Virus record (IMG/VR): IMGVR_UViG_3300024254_000021
Span: 1 to 34,375 of that record
Length of the DNA stretch: 34,375 nt
Source: a virus
Lineage: Duplodnaviria; Caudoviricetes
Reading direction: 5' to 3' (one strand)
Part shown: piece after piece, positions 14,572-25,700 of the stretch
How the letters are laid out: the number at the start of each line of letters is the position of its first letter
How positions within the stretch are numbered: the first letter of the stretch is position 1
Notes under the pieces: generated by a model
The model's input: only the letters and a program-made list of their open reading frames with translations
Databases searched by the model: none
Told to the model about the DNA's origin: nothing
Translations under genes and position numbers: made by a program

Positions 14572-16142
14572 GCATGCTCTCCGAATCCAAACGGCTGAGG
14601 CTGCTCAGCTCGCTCGAGTCCTTGTTCATGGACCCGGACGGATTCGGCATCGATACGGCGACGCCATTGCAGCGCTGCATCCTGCGCGCGATCGAGGGCA
14701 AGCCCGTTCCGCTTGATGTGCTCTCGAGCTTCGGTGGCATTCAGCCGGCCAAGCCCATCAAAGAGCTGTGCGTAATGAGCGGCACGCGCGGCGGCAAGAC
14801 GTTCATCGCGTGCGCGGCGGCGATTTATGCAAGCCAGACGGTACGGCTCGACCGCGGCGCAGGCAAGAACATCCGCCCCGGCGAGGTGCCGCGTATCAGC
14901 ATCGTGTCCGTGACGGCCGAGCTCGCGAATGCCGCGTACGGCTACATCCGCGGCGCGATCGAGGCGAGCGAAGCGCTGAAGGGGCTGCTCACGCGGCAAC
15001 CCACGGCCGACTCGCTCTTCGTAAGACATCCCAGCGGCCACGAAATCGAGATCCGCGTCGTTCCTGCCTCCCGGGCTGGCGCGTCTCTAGTCGGTAGGTG
15101 GTCCGCTGGGGTGATCTTCGACGAAGCGCCGCGCATCGCGACTGAGCAAGACGGCACGGTGGTGAACCTTGAGGAGATGGTACGCGCGGTGCGCTCGCGC
15201 ATGCTGGACGGCGCGATGATCATGTACATCGGTTCGCCCGTTGGTCCCACGGGCTTCGTGTACAACCTCGTGCAGGCGAATTGGGAGAACGCAAATCAGA
15301 AGGCCTGCGTGGTGCGCGCGCCGGGCCCGCTCATGAACCCGTTCAACTGGACGCCCGAGCGCGTCGCTGAGCTATTGGCGCTCGATCCTGAAGCCTACAA
15401 AACGGATGTGCTCGCCGAGTTTCGTGATCCAGAAACCTCACTGCTCTCTGCGCAGTCTGTCGACGGGGCAACGCGCTCCGCTGACCAGGCGATTTTGGAT
15501 TACGACCCGGCGCGCATTTACACGGCCGTCATGGATCCGGGCACGCGCGGCAATTCTTGGAGCTTCGGCATCGCGGACACGACCGACAACATGATTTTCC
15601 GCGTGGCGATGACGCACGAGTGGACGGGCTCACCGTCGAACCCACTTTCGCCGAAGGCCGTGCTCGCGGAGATGAAGCCGATCTTGGAGAAGTACCATGT
15701 GGAGGTGTTGCTTACAGACCAATATATGGCCGACGCTTTGCGTGACATTGCTTTGGATATGGGCATCCTGGTGTCTCCAATCACGATCACGCCCGCCCTG
15801 AAGCTCGGCATGTATGAGAGCATGCGCACGCGCTTCGATGCCGGCATGCTCGAGATACCGCCCGACGCGCGGCTCCGCGCTGACCTGCTCGGGCTGAAGA
15901 AGCGCGCAGGCGGCGCTGGCATCAAGATCCATCTGAGCGTGACGCCGGACGGGCGACACTGCGATTTGGCGGCAATGCTCGCACTGCTCTGCGGCCGCTA
16001 TCTCGCAACGCCGGAGCCGCCAAAGCCGAAGGGCGTTTCGAAGTACAACGACCTGGACGATGACGACATTCACGTCCCTTTTGAGCTGCTCAGCATCGGG
16101 GAGGATCGGGACGATGGCCAAGACGCCGCGCACAATTGGTGA
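14568..16142 (+). CDS. terL: Terminase large subunit
   Basis: Walker A GTRGGKT, Walker B VIFDEA, motif C IGSP, nuclease MDPG...DQ...HCD. Confidence 0.88.
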   Translation: MSMLSESKRLRLLSSLESLFMDPDGFGIDTATPLQRCILRAIEGKPVPLDVLSSFGGIQPAKPIKELCVMSGTRGGKTFIACAAAIYASQTVRLDRGAGKNIRPGEVPRISIVSVTAELANAAYGYIRGAIEASEALKGLLTRQPTADSLFVRHPSGHEIEIRVVPASRAGASLVGRWSAGVIFDEAPRIATEQDGTVVNLEEMVRAVRSRMLDGAMIMYIGSPVGPTGFVYNLVQANWENANQKACVVRAPGPLMNPFNWTPERVAELLALDPEAYKTDVLAEFRDPETSLLSAQSVDGATRSADQAILDYDPARIYTAVMDPGTRGNSWSFGIADTTDNMIFRVAMTHEWTGSPSNPLSPKAVLAEMKPILEKYHVEVLLTDQYMADALRDIALDMGILVSPITITPALKLGMYESMRTRFDAGMLEIPPDARLRADLLGLKKRAGGAGIKIHLSVTPDGRHCDLAAMLALLCGRYLATPEPPKPKGVSKYNDLDDDDIHVPFELLSIGEDRDDGQDAAHNW

Positions 16143-16332
16143 AATTGTGGAGCTGGCGCGCCAGCTGAAGGAGCTTGGCGTGATTCGCTGTAAGGTCGAA
16201 GACATCGAATTCGAGTTCGCTTTTTTTGCCGCTCCGCCACCGGCGACGAAGTTCACGACGCCGGAAGAATTGGAAGAAGAAGCGGCAAAGATTCGCAAGC
16301 GCCTGCATGAAGAATTGTACGAGGCGTCATGA
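16114..16332 (+). CDS. Hypothetical protein (72 aa)
   Basis: Between terminase and portal; ATGA overlap with portal. Confidence 0.65.
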   Translation: MAKTPRTIGEIVELARQLKELGVIRCKVEDIEFEFAFFAAPPPATKFTTPEELEEEAAKIRKRLHEELYEAS

Positions 16333-18230
16333 GCATGCCGACCGACACGCCCGGCACCGGGACGCCGGCCATCCAATGGTGGACCGAAGATGAACCGGGC
16401 GAAGCCGTGAAGGCCACAATCGACCTGATCAAGCGCGACCAAGATTTGTTCCGCCTGGCGAACCTGTCGCACATGCGCATGTATCGCAACCTCGCGATGG
16501 TCGGGCTCGGTCCTCACACCGGCTTCACCATTGACGGTTCTCTTGGTTCGCCGCTGTCGCTGAACATCGTGCGCAACATGTGCAACGCGGTGCAATCCAA
16601 GATCGCAAAGAACCGCCCCAAGCCTTGGTTCCAGACGAGCGGCGCCGACTTCAAGGTCCAGCAGAAGGCACGCAAGCTGGAGCAATACATCAAGGGGATT
16701 TTCTACTCGGAGAAGGTCTACCAGAAGACATCGCAGGCGTTCTTGGACGCGGCGATCATGGGCAGCGGTTGTCTCAAATGCATGCCGGGAAAGAAGCGCG
16801 TCATCATCGAGCGCGTGTTCACGCCCGAGGTTGTCGTCGACAACGTCGAAGGCATGCACCGCGAGCCGCGCAACATCTATCAGTACAAGTACGTCGACCG
16901 CGGCGTACTGCTCGCGCAGCATCCGGACAAGGCCGATGAAATTGCCAGCATTCCGACGCTGCAATTCAACTATGAGGACGAAGAAATCAACGCGGTGTAC
17001 GACCGCTATGCTTCTGACCTCGTGCGCGTTGAAGAGGCGTACCACACCGCGAGCGAGGAGGGCGCAGACGATGGGCTCTACGTGAAGAGCGCGAATGGCG
17101 TGACGCTCATCAAAGAGCCGTGGACGCACACGTGGCATCCGTACGTGTTCATTCGCTGGAGCACCTCGCCGCTGGGTATGTGGGGCATGGGGCTCGCCGA
17201 GGAGCTGAAGGGCATTCAGCTCGAGATCAACCGGCTCGTGCGCAAGATTCAGGGCGCGATGCAGCTGCTCTCGAATCCGTACGTTTTTTGCGATCGAGCT
17301 TCGAACGTTGCCAAGGGCACGATTACCGACGTGCAAGGAACGATCATCCAATACACCGGCAAGGCGCCCGAGGTGCGCGCGCCAGCAGTAGTACATCCTG
17401 AAGTGTATGAGCATCTCGATCGCCTATACCAAAAGGGTTACGAGATCGCAGGCGTCTCGCAGATGACGGCGCAGTCTCAAAAGCCAACCGGCTTCACGAG
17501 CGGCCGAGCGCAACTCGTGCACCAGGACATCGAGAGCGAGCGCTTCGCAATTGTGACCCGCGAATGGGAAGAGATGCACATGGAGCTTGCACGGCTCGTT
17601 TTGCGCGTTTCGCAGGACGTGCGAGGCATCAAAGTGAAGTCGTTCGGCGACAACGCCTACACCGAAATCGACTTCCACAAAGACCTGAACATCGAGGAAG
17701 ACGAATTCGTTTTGCAGGTCATGCCTACTTCGCTGCTGGGCGACTCGCCCGAGGCCGCGATCGAAATGGCCGAGCGCCTGACGAAGGCTGGCCTGATCAG
17801 CGACGCATCCGAAGTGCTGCAAGGCATGGATCATCCGGACATGCAGGAATTTATCCGGCGCAAGACGGCCAACCGCGTGCTGACTCAGAAGATGGTGCAG
17901 AGCATGCTCGACGGCGGACCGCAACTCGCTCCCGAGCCAGAGATGAAGCTCGATACGGTCCTGTTTGTTGCTCAGGAAATGTACGTCGAAGCGACGCTGC
18001 AAGGCTACCCGGCGGAGAACCTCTCCAAGGTCCGCCGCTTCATGCAATCGGCCGTGCGCATGCAGACCGCGCAGGGCGGTCCCGCCGGTGCCGCGGCGCC
18101 ACAGCCAGGCGCGCTGCCCGCAGCTGGCCCAGCCCCGATTGCCTTGCCCCCAAATGGCTTCACGCCCGGCGCAGCCGGCCCCATGGCGCTGCCCCCTAAC
18201 GGATTGACCCCAGGAGCACCTTTACAATGA
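16329..18230 (+). CDS. Portal protein
   Basis: 633 aa after terL; motifs LNIVRN, DAAIMGSG, WGMGLAEELKGIQLEIN, EIAGVS and SGRA; Pro/Gly/Ala tail. Confidence 0.82.
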   Translation: MSMPTDTPGTGTPAIQWWTEDEPGEAVKATIDLIKRDQDLFRLANLSHMRMYRNLAMVGLGPHTGFTIDGSLGSPLSLNIVRNMCNAVQSKIAKNRPKPWFQTSGADFKVQQKARKLEQYIKGIFYSEKVYQKTSQAFLDAAIMGSGCLKCMPGKKRVIIERVFTPEVVVDNVEGMHREPRNIYQYKYVDRGVLLAQHPDKADEIASIPTLQFNYEDEEINAVYDRYASDLVRVEEAYHTASEEGADDGLYVKSANGVTLIKEPWTHTWHPYVFIRWSTSPLGMWGMGLAEELKGIQLEINRLVRKIQGAMQLLSNPYVFCDRASNVAKGTITDVQGTIIQYTGKAPEVRAPAVVHPEVYEHLDRLYQKGYEIAGVSQMTAQSQKPTGFTSGRAQLVHQDIESERFAIVTREWEEMHMELARLVLRVSQDVRGIKVKSFGDNAYTEIDFHKDLNIEEDEFVLQVMPTSLLGDSPEAAIEMAERLTKAGLISDASEVLQGMDHPDMQEFIRRKTANRVLTQKMVQSMLDGGPQLAPEPEMKLDTVLFVAQEMYVEATLQGYPAENLSKVRRFMQSAVRMQTAQGGPAGAAAPQPGALPAAGPAPIALPPNGFTPGAAGPMALPPNGLTPGAPLQ

Positions 18231-19333
18231 GCGAAGCGGGAGCGGTGCTTGTAGCGCCGGCAGTAGGTGACGCGGCTCCGGCCGTGGCAGACATTGCGGT
18301 GGACGATGGCGGCGAGTTCGACCGCGCGGCTGCATTCGATGAAATGCGCCGGGTCACTGGCGCGAACGACTCAAACGCGGAAGAGCCGCCGGCTGAAGCC
18401 GAAGCCAAGCCCGAGCCGGAAGGTCCAAAGCTGGAGCCGACCGAGGAGGAGCGCGAGGCCAATCGCCGCAAGAAGTTGAGCGATGAAAATGGCAAGCTCA
18501 GCCAAGATAAGCTGGATGCCGCCTTTGCGAAGCTAACCGCGGAAGGCAAGCGCCTGCGCGGCAAGGTAGACGCTTTCAAGGGCGAGCGCGCGGCATTCGA
18601 AAAGATGCAGGCCGATCACCGCGAGGCCATCGAGACAGCGGCGACGCGCATCAACAAAACCGAAGCGGAATGGGCGGACCTGATCAAGTCAGCTGAAACC
18701 GAGCCGCTTCGGGTGATGGAAAAGCTCGGCTGGAACGTCGACCGGCTCACGAAATGGATCCTGAACGACGGCAAGCACACGCCTGAGGAGCTGATCAATA
18801 AAACCTCGCAGTCGTACGAGGCGAAGCTCGCTCAGCAGGCGAAAGAGCTGCAAGAACTGAAGGATTCGCTCAAGACTCGCGATGTGACTTCGGCGGCTTC
18901 ACAGTACGAGCAGCGCGCGATCACGACTATGGAGTCGCTCATCGCGGATCCGAACTCGAAGTACGAGCTGATCAAGAACTACGACATGCGGACCGAGATC
19001 GCGCCGAAGGTGCTCCAGAACATCGCGCACATCTACCGCGAGGGTGGGCAGCTCGGGGAAGTCAAGTACGAAAAGGGAACGGCGCTTGACCCGAAAACCG
19101 TTCTGGACTATTTTGAAGCTCAGGAAGCCAAAGCGCTCGCGCGCCACGGCTACCGCCCCGGACAGGCCGGGGCCGCGAACAGCGCGGCGAAACCTGGGGC
19201 TGCTAAGCCGAAGGCAGGACTCTCCAACGCCGACACGGCTACTCGCGCCATCCGTCCGCCAGCGGACGATGACGACACCGAGTTCGACCGGGACGAGGCG
19301 ATGCGAAGGGTTCAATCTCTCTTCAACAGCTGA
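18227..19333 (+). CDS. Capsid scaffolding protein (putative)
   Basis: Acidic N-terminus, charged coiled coil, located between portal and capsid. Confidence 0.65.
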   Translation: MSEAGAVLVAPAVGDAAPAVADIAVDDGGEFDRAAAFDEMRRVTGANDSNAEEPPAEAEAKPEPEGPKLEPTEEEREANRRKKLSDENGKLSQDKLDAAFAKLTAEGKRLRGKVDAFKGERAAFEKMQADHREAIETAATRINKTEAEWADLIKSAETEPLRVMEKLGWNVDRLTKWILNDGKHTPEELINKTSQSYEAKLAQQAKELQELKDSLKTRDVTSAASQYEQRAITTMESLIADPNSKYELIKNYDMRTEIAPKVLQNIAHIYREGGQLGEVKYEKGTALDPKTVLDYFEAQEAKALARHGYRPGQAGAANSAAKPGAAKPKAGLSNADTATRAIRPPADDDDTEFDRDEAMRRVQSLFNS

Positions 19334-19350
19334 CCCCCAGGTGACTCTCA

Positions 19351-20589
19351 ATGCCGACACCGCTGACTCCCGCGATATTCAACGCCGGGCTCAAGACTCT
19401 CTTTCCAGAAAAACGCATCAAGCTCTACGGCCAGCGCGACCAACCCTTTTGGGCCTGGCTGACCAAGCGCGCCGACTTCTACGGCCGCAAGGGTGAAGTC
19501 CCGATCCGGTCCGCTCCGGGCGGTGGCACTTCCCACACGTTTGCGGACGCGCTCGAAGCCAAGAGCGGCTCGCAATACACGTTCTTCGAGGTGACGCGCA
19601 AGCGTGATTACCATTTGATTTCGATCGACCGTGAAGCACTGGAAGCCAGCCAAGGCGACCAGGGCTCGTACATGTCGGCGAAGGAATCCGAGGTCGACGC
19701 CGGGTTCATGAAGGTGATTCAGCGCCTTGCGGGCGACCTTCAATCGGACGGCACGGGCAACTTGGGAGCCGTCGTCACGGTCCCCACGTCGAGCACGCTG
19801 ACGGTCGCACAATCGGTGCTCGTTCACATCGAACCTCGTGATCGCATCGTTTTTGCGCCTTCTCCGTTCACGACACTCCGGACCGGTGCCGGTGCGTTCG
19901 GGTACGCGGTGGTGCAGTCGGTCAACTACGACACCAACACGCTGACATTCGATATCGTGAATGGCGATCCGCTCACGGGCGCTGGCTCGTTGGGCGTCAC
20001 GGCTGCCGACCAGATGTATTTCAAGGGCAGCTTCGGCAACAGCATCAACGGCACCAACGCATGGATCCCAACCGTGCGCACGGGGCTCTCGACGCCGTTC
20101 AACAGCGTCGACCGCTCGATTTTCCCGTCGCGTCTCGCTGGCGTTTTCTTCGACGGTTCCAGCTTCGGCCTCGCGGAGTCTCTCGAGCGCGCAATCGCTC
20201 GCGGGCGCCTGGAGGGCTCGATGCCGGATATGATCTGGCTGAACTATAATCGCTTCGCCGATTTGAGCTTGGAACTCGGGGCGAAAGTGGTGCGCGAACC
20301 GATCAAGCTAGGAACGTTCGCGTTCGACTCGCTGAAGATTTACGCGGGTGGCCGCGAGATCCGAATCGTGGCGGACCAGAACTTCGCGGACACGACCGCT
20401 TTGGCCGTGAACAAGGATAGCTGGTACTTCTGGACGCTGAAGGGCGCGCCGCGATTCATCACCAAGGACATCGGCGGAGACATGCTGATCGATCCGGGGA
20501 ACGACTCGTACGAAATTCGAATCGGCTGGAATGGCGAACTGGTTTGCCGCTCCCCGCTCGACAACATCCGGATCACGCTTCCGACCTGA
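19351..20589 (+). CDS. Major capsid protein (putative)
   Basis: 412 aa after the scaffold; strongly biased codons; pattern consistent with an HK97 fold (long spine helix ending at DGTG). Confidence 0.75.
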   Translation: MPTPLTPAIFNAGLKTLFPEKRIKLYGQRDQPFWAWLTKRADFYGRKGEVPIRSAPGGGTSHTFADALEAKSGSQYTFFEVTRKRDYHLISIDREALEASQGDQGSYMSAKESEVDAGFMKVIQRLAGDLQSDGTGNLGAVVTVPTSSTLTVAQSVLVHIEPRDRIVFAPSPFTTLRTGAGAFGYAVVQSVNYDTNTLTFDIVNGDPLTGAGSLGVTAADQMYFKGSFGNSINGTNAWIPTVRTGLSTPFNSVDRSIFPSRLAGVFFDGSSFGLAESLERAIARGRLEGSMPDMIWLNYNRFADLSLELGAKVVREPIKLGTFAFDSLKIYAGGREIRIVADQNFADTTALAVNKDSWYFWTLKGAPRFITKDIGGDMLIDPGNDSYEIRIGWNGELVCRSPLDNIRITLPT

Positions 20590-20598
20590 GGCAAGACC

Positions 20599-21099
20599 AT
20601 GAGTTTTTTCAATGCACTCGATACGCTGAAGGGTCTGCTGGTCGCTGCGCTCAACCCGCAAGACGCCGCGGAAGCTTTCCGTGAGGAGCCCTATTTCAGC
20701 ACCATTGCCGCGCTCACAACGACCACCGCGCTTGCCGAGCAACCGATCTTCGTCGCTCGGCGCAAGATGCGTGTCATTGGGGCAAAATTCTCGCCCGGTA
20801 CCGCCGTCACGGGCGCAGCGACCAACAACTTTTCGTTAGTATTTGCCGTCCGACACATCGCGGCTCCGGCCACTCAGAAGATCATCGCCACCTACACGGC
20901 GGACGCTACGCCGGCAAAGGACGTGGCGGCGTTCGCGTCTCGCGACCTTTGGGCCTCTGGCGACGTGAACGGAGCGGCGGCGGATGCTGACTTCATTCTA
21001 TTGCCTGGTGACGTAGTGACGATTACGGTGACGAAGGCCGGCACGGGCATGACCTTCCCCATCATGAGCGCCAGCGTGATCACCGAAATGAGGGACTAA
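20599..21099 (+). CDS. Putative capsid decoration or virion protein (166 aa)
   Basis: Follows the capsid gene; Ala/Thr-rich beta composition with a GDVVTITVT motif. Confidence 0.55.
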   Translation: MSFFNALDTLKGLLVAALNPQDAAEAFREEPYFSTIAALTTTTALAEQPIFVARRKMRVIGAKFSPGTAVTGAATNNFSLVFAVRHIAAPATQKIIATYTADATPAKDVAAFASRDLWASGDVNGAAADADFILLPGDVVTITVTKAGTGMTFPIMSASVITEMRD

Positions 21100-21485
21100 T
21101 GGCTGGCGTCGCGAACAGCTCGAAACCGCAATACGGCGGCGTGCGGGCGAATCAACCCGAACTTCTGCTGATCAAGGGCCGATTTGCGACCAATGGCGCG
21201 ACCCCGACCATCAACTCCGGCAAAGGCTTCGTCGTCACACAACAGGGCACGGGGCTTTACCGCGTCAAACCGAACATCAACACGGTGAAAATCGTGTCGG
21301 CGGTCGGCACCCTGATCAAAGCGGCGACTAGCGCCACGTTCTTGGAGTTGGTCGATACCACATCGGCCAACAACTACGTGACGTTCCGTGTCGTGAATGC
21401 TTCTGGCACCGCCGTTGCCCCGGGCGATGTTACCGACCAAATCTCATTCGACATCTCGGTCATGACCGTGAAGCTCCCGAGCTGA
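21099..21485 (+). CDS. Putative virion structural protein (128 aa)
   Basis: TAATG coupling; beta-rich with a GTGLYRV motif. Confidence 0.55.
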   Translation: MAGVANSSKPQYGGVRANQPELLLIKGRFATNGATPTINSGKGFVVTQQGTGLYRVKPNINTVKIVSAVGTLIKAATSATFLELVDTTSANNYVTFRVVNASGTAVAPGDVTDQISFDISVMTVKLPS

Positions 21486-21487
21486 CC

Positions 21488-21730
21488 ATGGACCTACCTC
21501 GCGGTTTGGTGGAATCACTCGGCGATGACGGGCCCTCGAAAGAGGGCTCCGATTCGACCGATGACGAATCGATGCTCGAGCAGCATCTGCGGGCGTTCAA
21601 GCGCGCGCTCGATGGCGGGAAGTTCGCGCAAGCGGCCGACTCGTTCAAGGCGGCCATGGACGAATGCAGCAACGATGAAGAGGCAGGCGAGGGCGACGCG
21701 GATGGCCCGAGCGAAACCGACGAATACTAA
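21488..21730 (+). CDS. Acidic hypothetical protein (80 aa)
   Basis: Tiles the operon. Confidence 0.6.
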   Translation: MDLPRGLVESLGDDGPSKEGSDSTDDESMLEQHLRAFKRALDGGKFAQAADSFKAAMDECSNDEEAGEGDADGPSETDEY

Positions 21731-21732
21731 AC

Positions 21733-22449
21733 ATGGGCGTTCCGGCGTTTAACGTAACGACGCTAGAGCAACGGGTAAGGGAGCGTGCCGACATGGTGGG
21801 CTCCCTTTTCGTTTCGTCGAGCGAGGTGCAGAACTACTTGGAGCAGGCGTTTCAAGAGCTGTACGGTATTGCGTGCGCTGAATGGGAAGATTTGCTGGTG
21901 TCGGTGCAGGACACCTTTCTTTCGGCTGGTCAATCGCGTCTGAACTTCGGCGGCCTGTCCGCCATGAAGAAGCTCCGCGGTCTGCGCATCAAGTCGGACA
22001 ATTTCTTGGTGCCGGTTTCGCTGCGCGAGGTTCAAAACATGGATCGCAGCGGACGCACGGGGCGCCCGGTGGCGTATTGGCTATGCGGTGACCTGATCAA
22101 TTCGACCGGATTCCTGACGATCGAGGTGCTCCCGCCTGCTGACACTGCATACACGCTCACGCTCTACTATCAGCCTGCATTGCAAATGGCTGATCTCACC
22201 GCGGGCGCGATACCGATGTTGGCCGGCTGGGATGAATACCTGGTGGTGACAGCCGCCATCAAGTGCAAGGACAAAGAGGAGTCGAGCGTCTCCGTGCTCA
22301 TGGCGGAAAAGCAGGCGCTATTGGCCAATTTCCGCAGCGCATGGACTCCGGTGGATGTGAGCGAGGCGCAGCGCGTGGTGCCGCTGCTGAATGGGAGCAC
22401 GCGCAATGTCCGGGCCTACGACTACCGAGGGCCCGATGACGATTATTGA
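21733..22449 (+). CDS. Head-tail adaptor (tail tubular protein A / P22 gp4-like position)
   Basis: RVRERADM...EVQNYLEQAFQELY, GRPVAYW, PPADTAYTLTLYY and WDEYLVVTAA. Confidence 0.65.
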   Translation: MGVPAFNVTTLEQRVRERADMVGSLFVSSSEVQNYLEQAFQELYGIACAEWEDLLVSVQDTFLSAGQSRLNFGGLSAMKKLRGLRIKSDNFLVPVSLREVQNMDRSGRTGRPVAYWLCGDLINSTGFLTIEVLPPADTAYTLTLYYQPALQMADLTAGAIPMLAGWDEYLVVTAAIKCKDKEESSVSVLMAEKQALLANFRSAWTPVDVSEAQRVVPLLNGSTRNVRAYDYRGPDDDY

Positions 22450-22753
22450 CAAGCGGCGCGGGCTCGGCTCTGGGAGCGACGCAGCGCAACAGGCGGCACA
22501 GCGCGCGATTGATACGAATGTTCCTGACCACGTCAAGACGGGCGTGAGAATCACGGGCGTCATCATTGCGCCAGGTCAGGGCGTGAACGTCGCGCACAAG
22601 CTCGGGCGCGTTCCGATTGGCTGGCACTTGCTGCGCGTGTACGGTGCTGGTTCCGGTAGCGAGGTCTACGAGCGCAGCAGCGACGCCAATATGATTGTGT
22701 TCGTTCGCCCGGCTGGTGTCGCCAATTTCACCTATGACTTCTGGGTGTTTTGA
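22436..22753 (+). CDS. Small virion protein (105 aa)
   Basis: VAHKLGRVPIGW motif; ends in FWVF; coupled to the next gene. Confidence 0.6.
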   Translation: MTIIDKRRGLGSGSDAAQQAAQRAIDTNVPDHVKTGVRITGVIIAPGQGVNVAHKLGRVPIGWHLLRVYGAGSGSEVYERSSDANMIVFVRPAGVANFTYDFWVF

Positions 22754-25700
22754 TGCCGCGCGATCCTCTTGCTGGTCTGCAAAAGCAAGTGGTGCAGCTG
22801 CCCTTCGTGGATGGCTTGGCGAACAACTTTGCGGCGCAATTTCGCCCAGAGCCAAAAGACGCGATGCTCACAATCGAAAATGCCGACCTGACTTCGATCG
22901 GCAAGTTTTCGAACCGCGGCGGCTTCGTGAGCCTGAGCAATCAGCGAATTGGCCCAGAAGGCGGCTCGAGCGTGATCACCAGCACGCAGATGCGACTCTT
23001 CCAGCGTCAGGGCGAACTCGGTTGTATCGCTAACACGCAGGTAGCTCTCGGCTCTGGCGCTGGGTGGGCGGGCGCAGGCGACACAGTGTTCTCTTACACA
23101 AAGAACATTCCAGCGGACGCTGCTATCGGTGCGTGGAAGGGACACGGGAAAATCCCGCGACCGACGCTCGGATGCTTGGGCAACCTGACGCCAGACCCGT
23201 TGATTCACACGAGCGATTGCGCGGTGTCCGGCAACTTCATGATCGTGGCCTGGCACACCGCAACGGGTGGGAACACGCCAGGCGGACCACACGGTGATGT
23301 CTTTTTCCGAGTGGTGGACATCACTACAAATACGACCGTCATCGACACAACGCAGTTTCCGACGCCCCCGGGGTTCTACGCTAGTGGCTTTACCGATACT
23401 GGCGGATCTGGCTTTGGTTTTCAGGCAAAGCTCCAGTGCCTGGCCATGGGCAATCGTCTGTACATCTTCCTTATTTGCAGGAACCTGGCATTTGTTGGCC
23501 AAAACGACGTGATCGGTGCGTACGTCGACATGTCCGTAGCCAATCCGGTGATGAGCAGCTTCATCACTCTATTCACGGCTGCCAAGACGTTCAGCATGTG
23601 CACGAACGGCACAAATATTTTCATGGCCGCAACCCTTGCGGCGTCGCCAAATCAAGCCCGGATCAGGACGTACGATTCATCGCTTATTGTGACCAACTCC
23701 GGAAATGCGCATCTATTTGGCAGCGCGATCGATGACCTGAACTGCGATGCGGCTTTCGGCGTGCTCGCGATCACGTACCTGAACGCGGACATCCAAACGG
23801 TCGACATCTGGAATGCGTCGACGCTAGCAAACGTGGCGACGCTCGGCACGATGTGCCCGATCATCACGCCATTCTCGTTCACGCTGCGCACGCCGGACGT
23901 GGTTTTGCTCTCGAGCGCATCGGTAGAGACGGTCGTTTTCGGCGCTATCCCCGCCTTCAACAGCGGCGTGTTTTGGAATCGCGGCGATGTGGTGGCGGGC
24001 GCGATGACGCCAACTGGAAAAACCGGCGGCGTGCCATTCATCGCTCCAGGTGTGCGTAACATCGGACGGCTATTCACTATCAACGGTCGTGTGTACTTCC
24101 CCGCCGTTAAGTGCGACTTTGACCCGGCGCTCGGGAGCGGCGTCGACTACGGATATTTCCTGCTCGAGATCGATTCGAGCGTTTCGCAGGGTGCAACCGA
24201 CCTGTACCGCCTCCCGATGGTCGCGGCGAATTGGGCGACCGATCTCTCGGCCCCGGTGTTCGATACCAACAACGTGGGTGCGAGCGGATTTGCGGCGGTG
24301 GAAATGTTTCTCCCCCGCGGCTGCGTGGCGGGGAACGTTTACTATTTAACGACGCGACGCGGATCAGCTCTCGGCAACCGCCCGACGCCGCTGTTCACAA
24401 ACTACCAAATGGAGGTGATCAAGCTCGACTTCGCCGATGCTTACCGATGGGCGTCGCGCGCGTTTGGGTCGCTCACTGTGTTCGCGGGTGGCGCCATGTT
24501 CGCGACCGATGGGCGAAGAACTTTCGAGGCTGGCATCCTTTGCCGCCCGCGCATCCTATCGATCGTCGGAGGTGGCACCGGTGGCTCGCTCGTAAACGGC
24601 AATCAATACTTTTTTCGCGCCGTCTACACGTGGTTGGATGCAGCAGGTCAGCGCTACTTCAGCGCGCCGAGTTATGCCCAGCGCGCCGGAGATGTTTTCT
24701 CATTCACGCCGGGAACTCCGATTTTGCAGATCGTTTTGACGGTCACGGCCCCACCGTGCTTTTCCGGCATGTGCAGCGGTGCCGATTACTTCGAGAACTC
24801 GATGGAGGTTTGGATCTACATGACCAACTCCAACACGCCTGGAATTTACTTCCTCGTGGCGCAGATGAACACGAATTCATCGCAGGTCGGTGCATTCAGT
24901 CCGGTAAATGGCAACGCAACTGCATCCGTTGGAATTTCGGCCGAGCCGCCTAGCACGGCGGACCAGCTATATGTCCAGGGCGGAGAGCTCGAGAATTCAG
25001 CGGCGCCAACGTGTCGCGTTCTCGAGGCGCATCGCGATCGGCTTTTCGCAATCTCGAGCTACGACAACAACGTCTATTATACGAAGCCGGCGACGGGCGG
25101 ACGCGGCATCGAGTGGGCGCAGCAAACGCAAAACTTTGCGCTGCCCGAACCGGGGCTTGGCCTTGCCTCGAACGAGACGTGCTTGATGATTTTCACGAAT
25201 CGCGGGGTGTACGCGATCGAGGGCTACGGCCCAAGCGTGACGGGGCAGCCGGTGCAGGCGTTCGGTGCCCTTCAACTGCTATCGAATCAGATGGGTTTGT
25301 ACGAGGTGAACTCGTGCAAGACGACGCCAATCGGCGTTATTTTCCGAACCAACAAGGGTTGGTGGCTGGTAGACCGCACCCTGAGCATGTCCTATATCGG
25401 CGACGGAATCGACGGAATGATCACCGCGGCGGACAAAACGATCGCCGTCAACGTCGACCAGAGGCGGGCTGTCATCCGGATCATGATGACGCTCGGCGCA
25501 TCGTTCTCCGACTACAAGCAGTTCAACTATTGGTACGACTCGAAGCGCTGGAGCGTCGACAAGAGCGCACTTTCGTATCACTACAAAGACGCTATGGTGC
25601 TTGGTGACGATTACTTCATGATCGACCCGTTCGACGTGGTGGCGAGCTCCGGGCCGAACTATGGCATCACGTGGCTTGATGGGCAGTACGACACCGTTGG

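Noticed and set aside
15630-17414. 594-aa minus-strand ORF
   Set aside because: Antisense shadow of terminase and portal, expected from high-GC codon bias; no recognisable motifs.
18070-18230. Duplicated ALPPNG motif in the portal tail
   Set aside because: Low-complexity Pro/Gly/Ala tails are common on podovirus-type portals.
20587-20601. Stop-codon read-through fusing the capsid to the next protein (same frame, TGA GGC AAG ACC ATG)
   Set aside because: Same frame occurs one time in three by chance, and the downstream gene has its own GAGG SD. Only proteomics could revive this.
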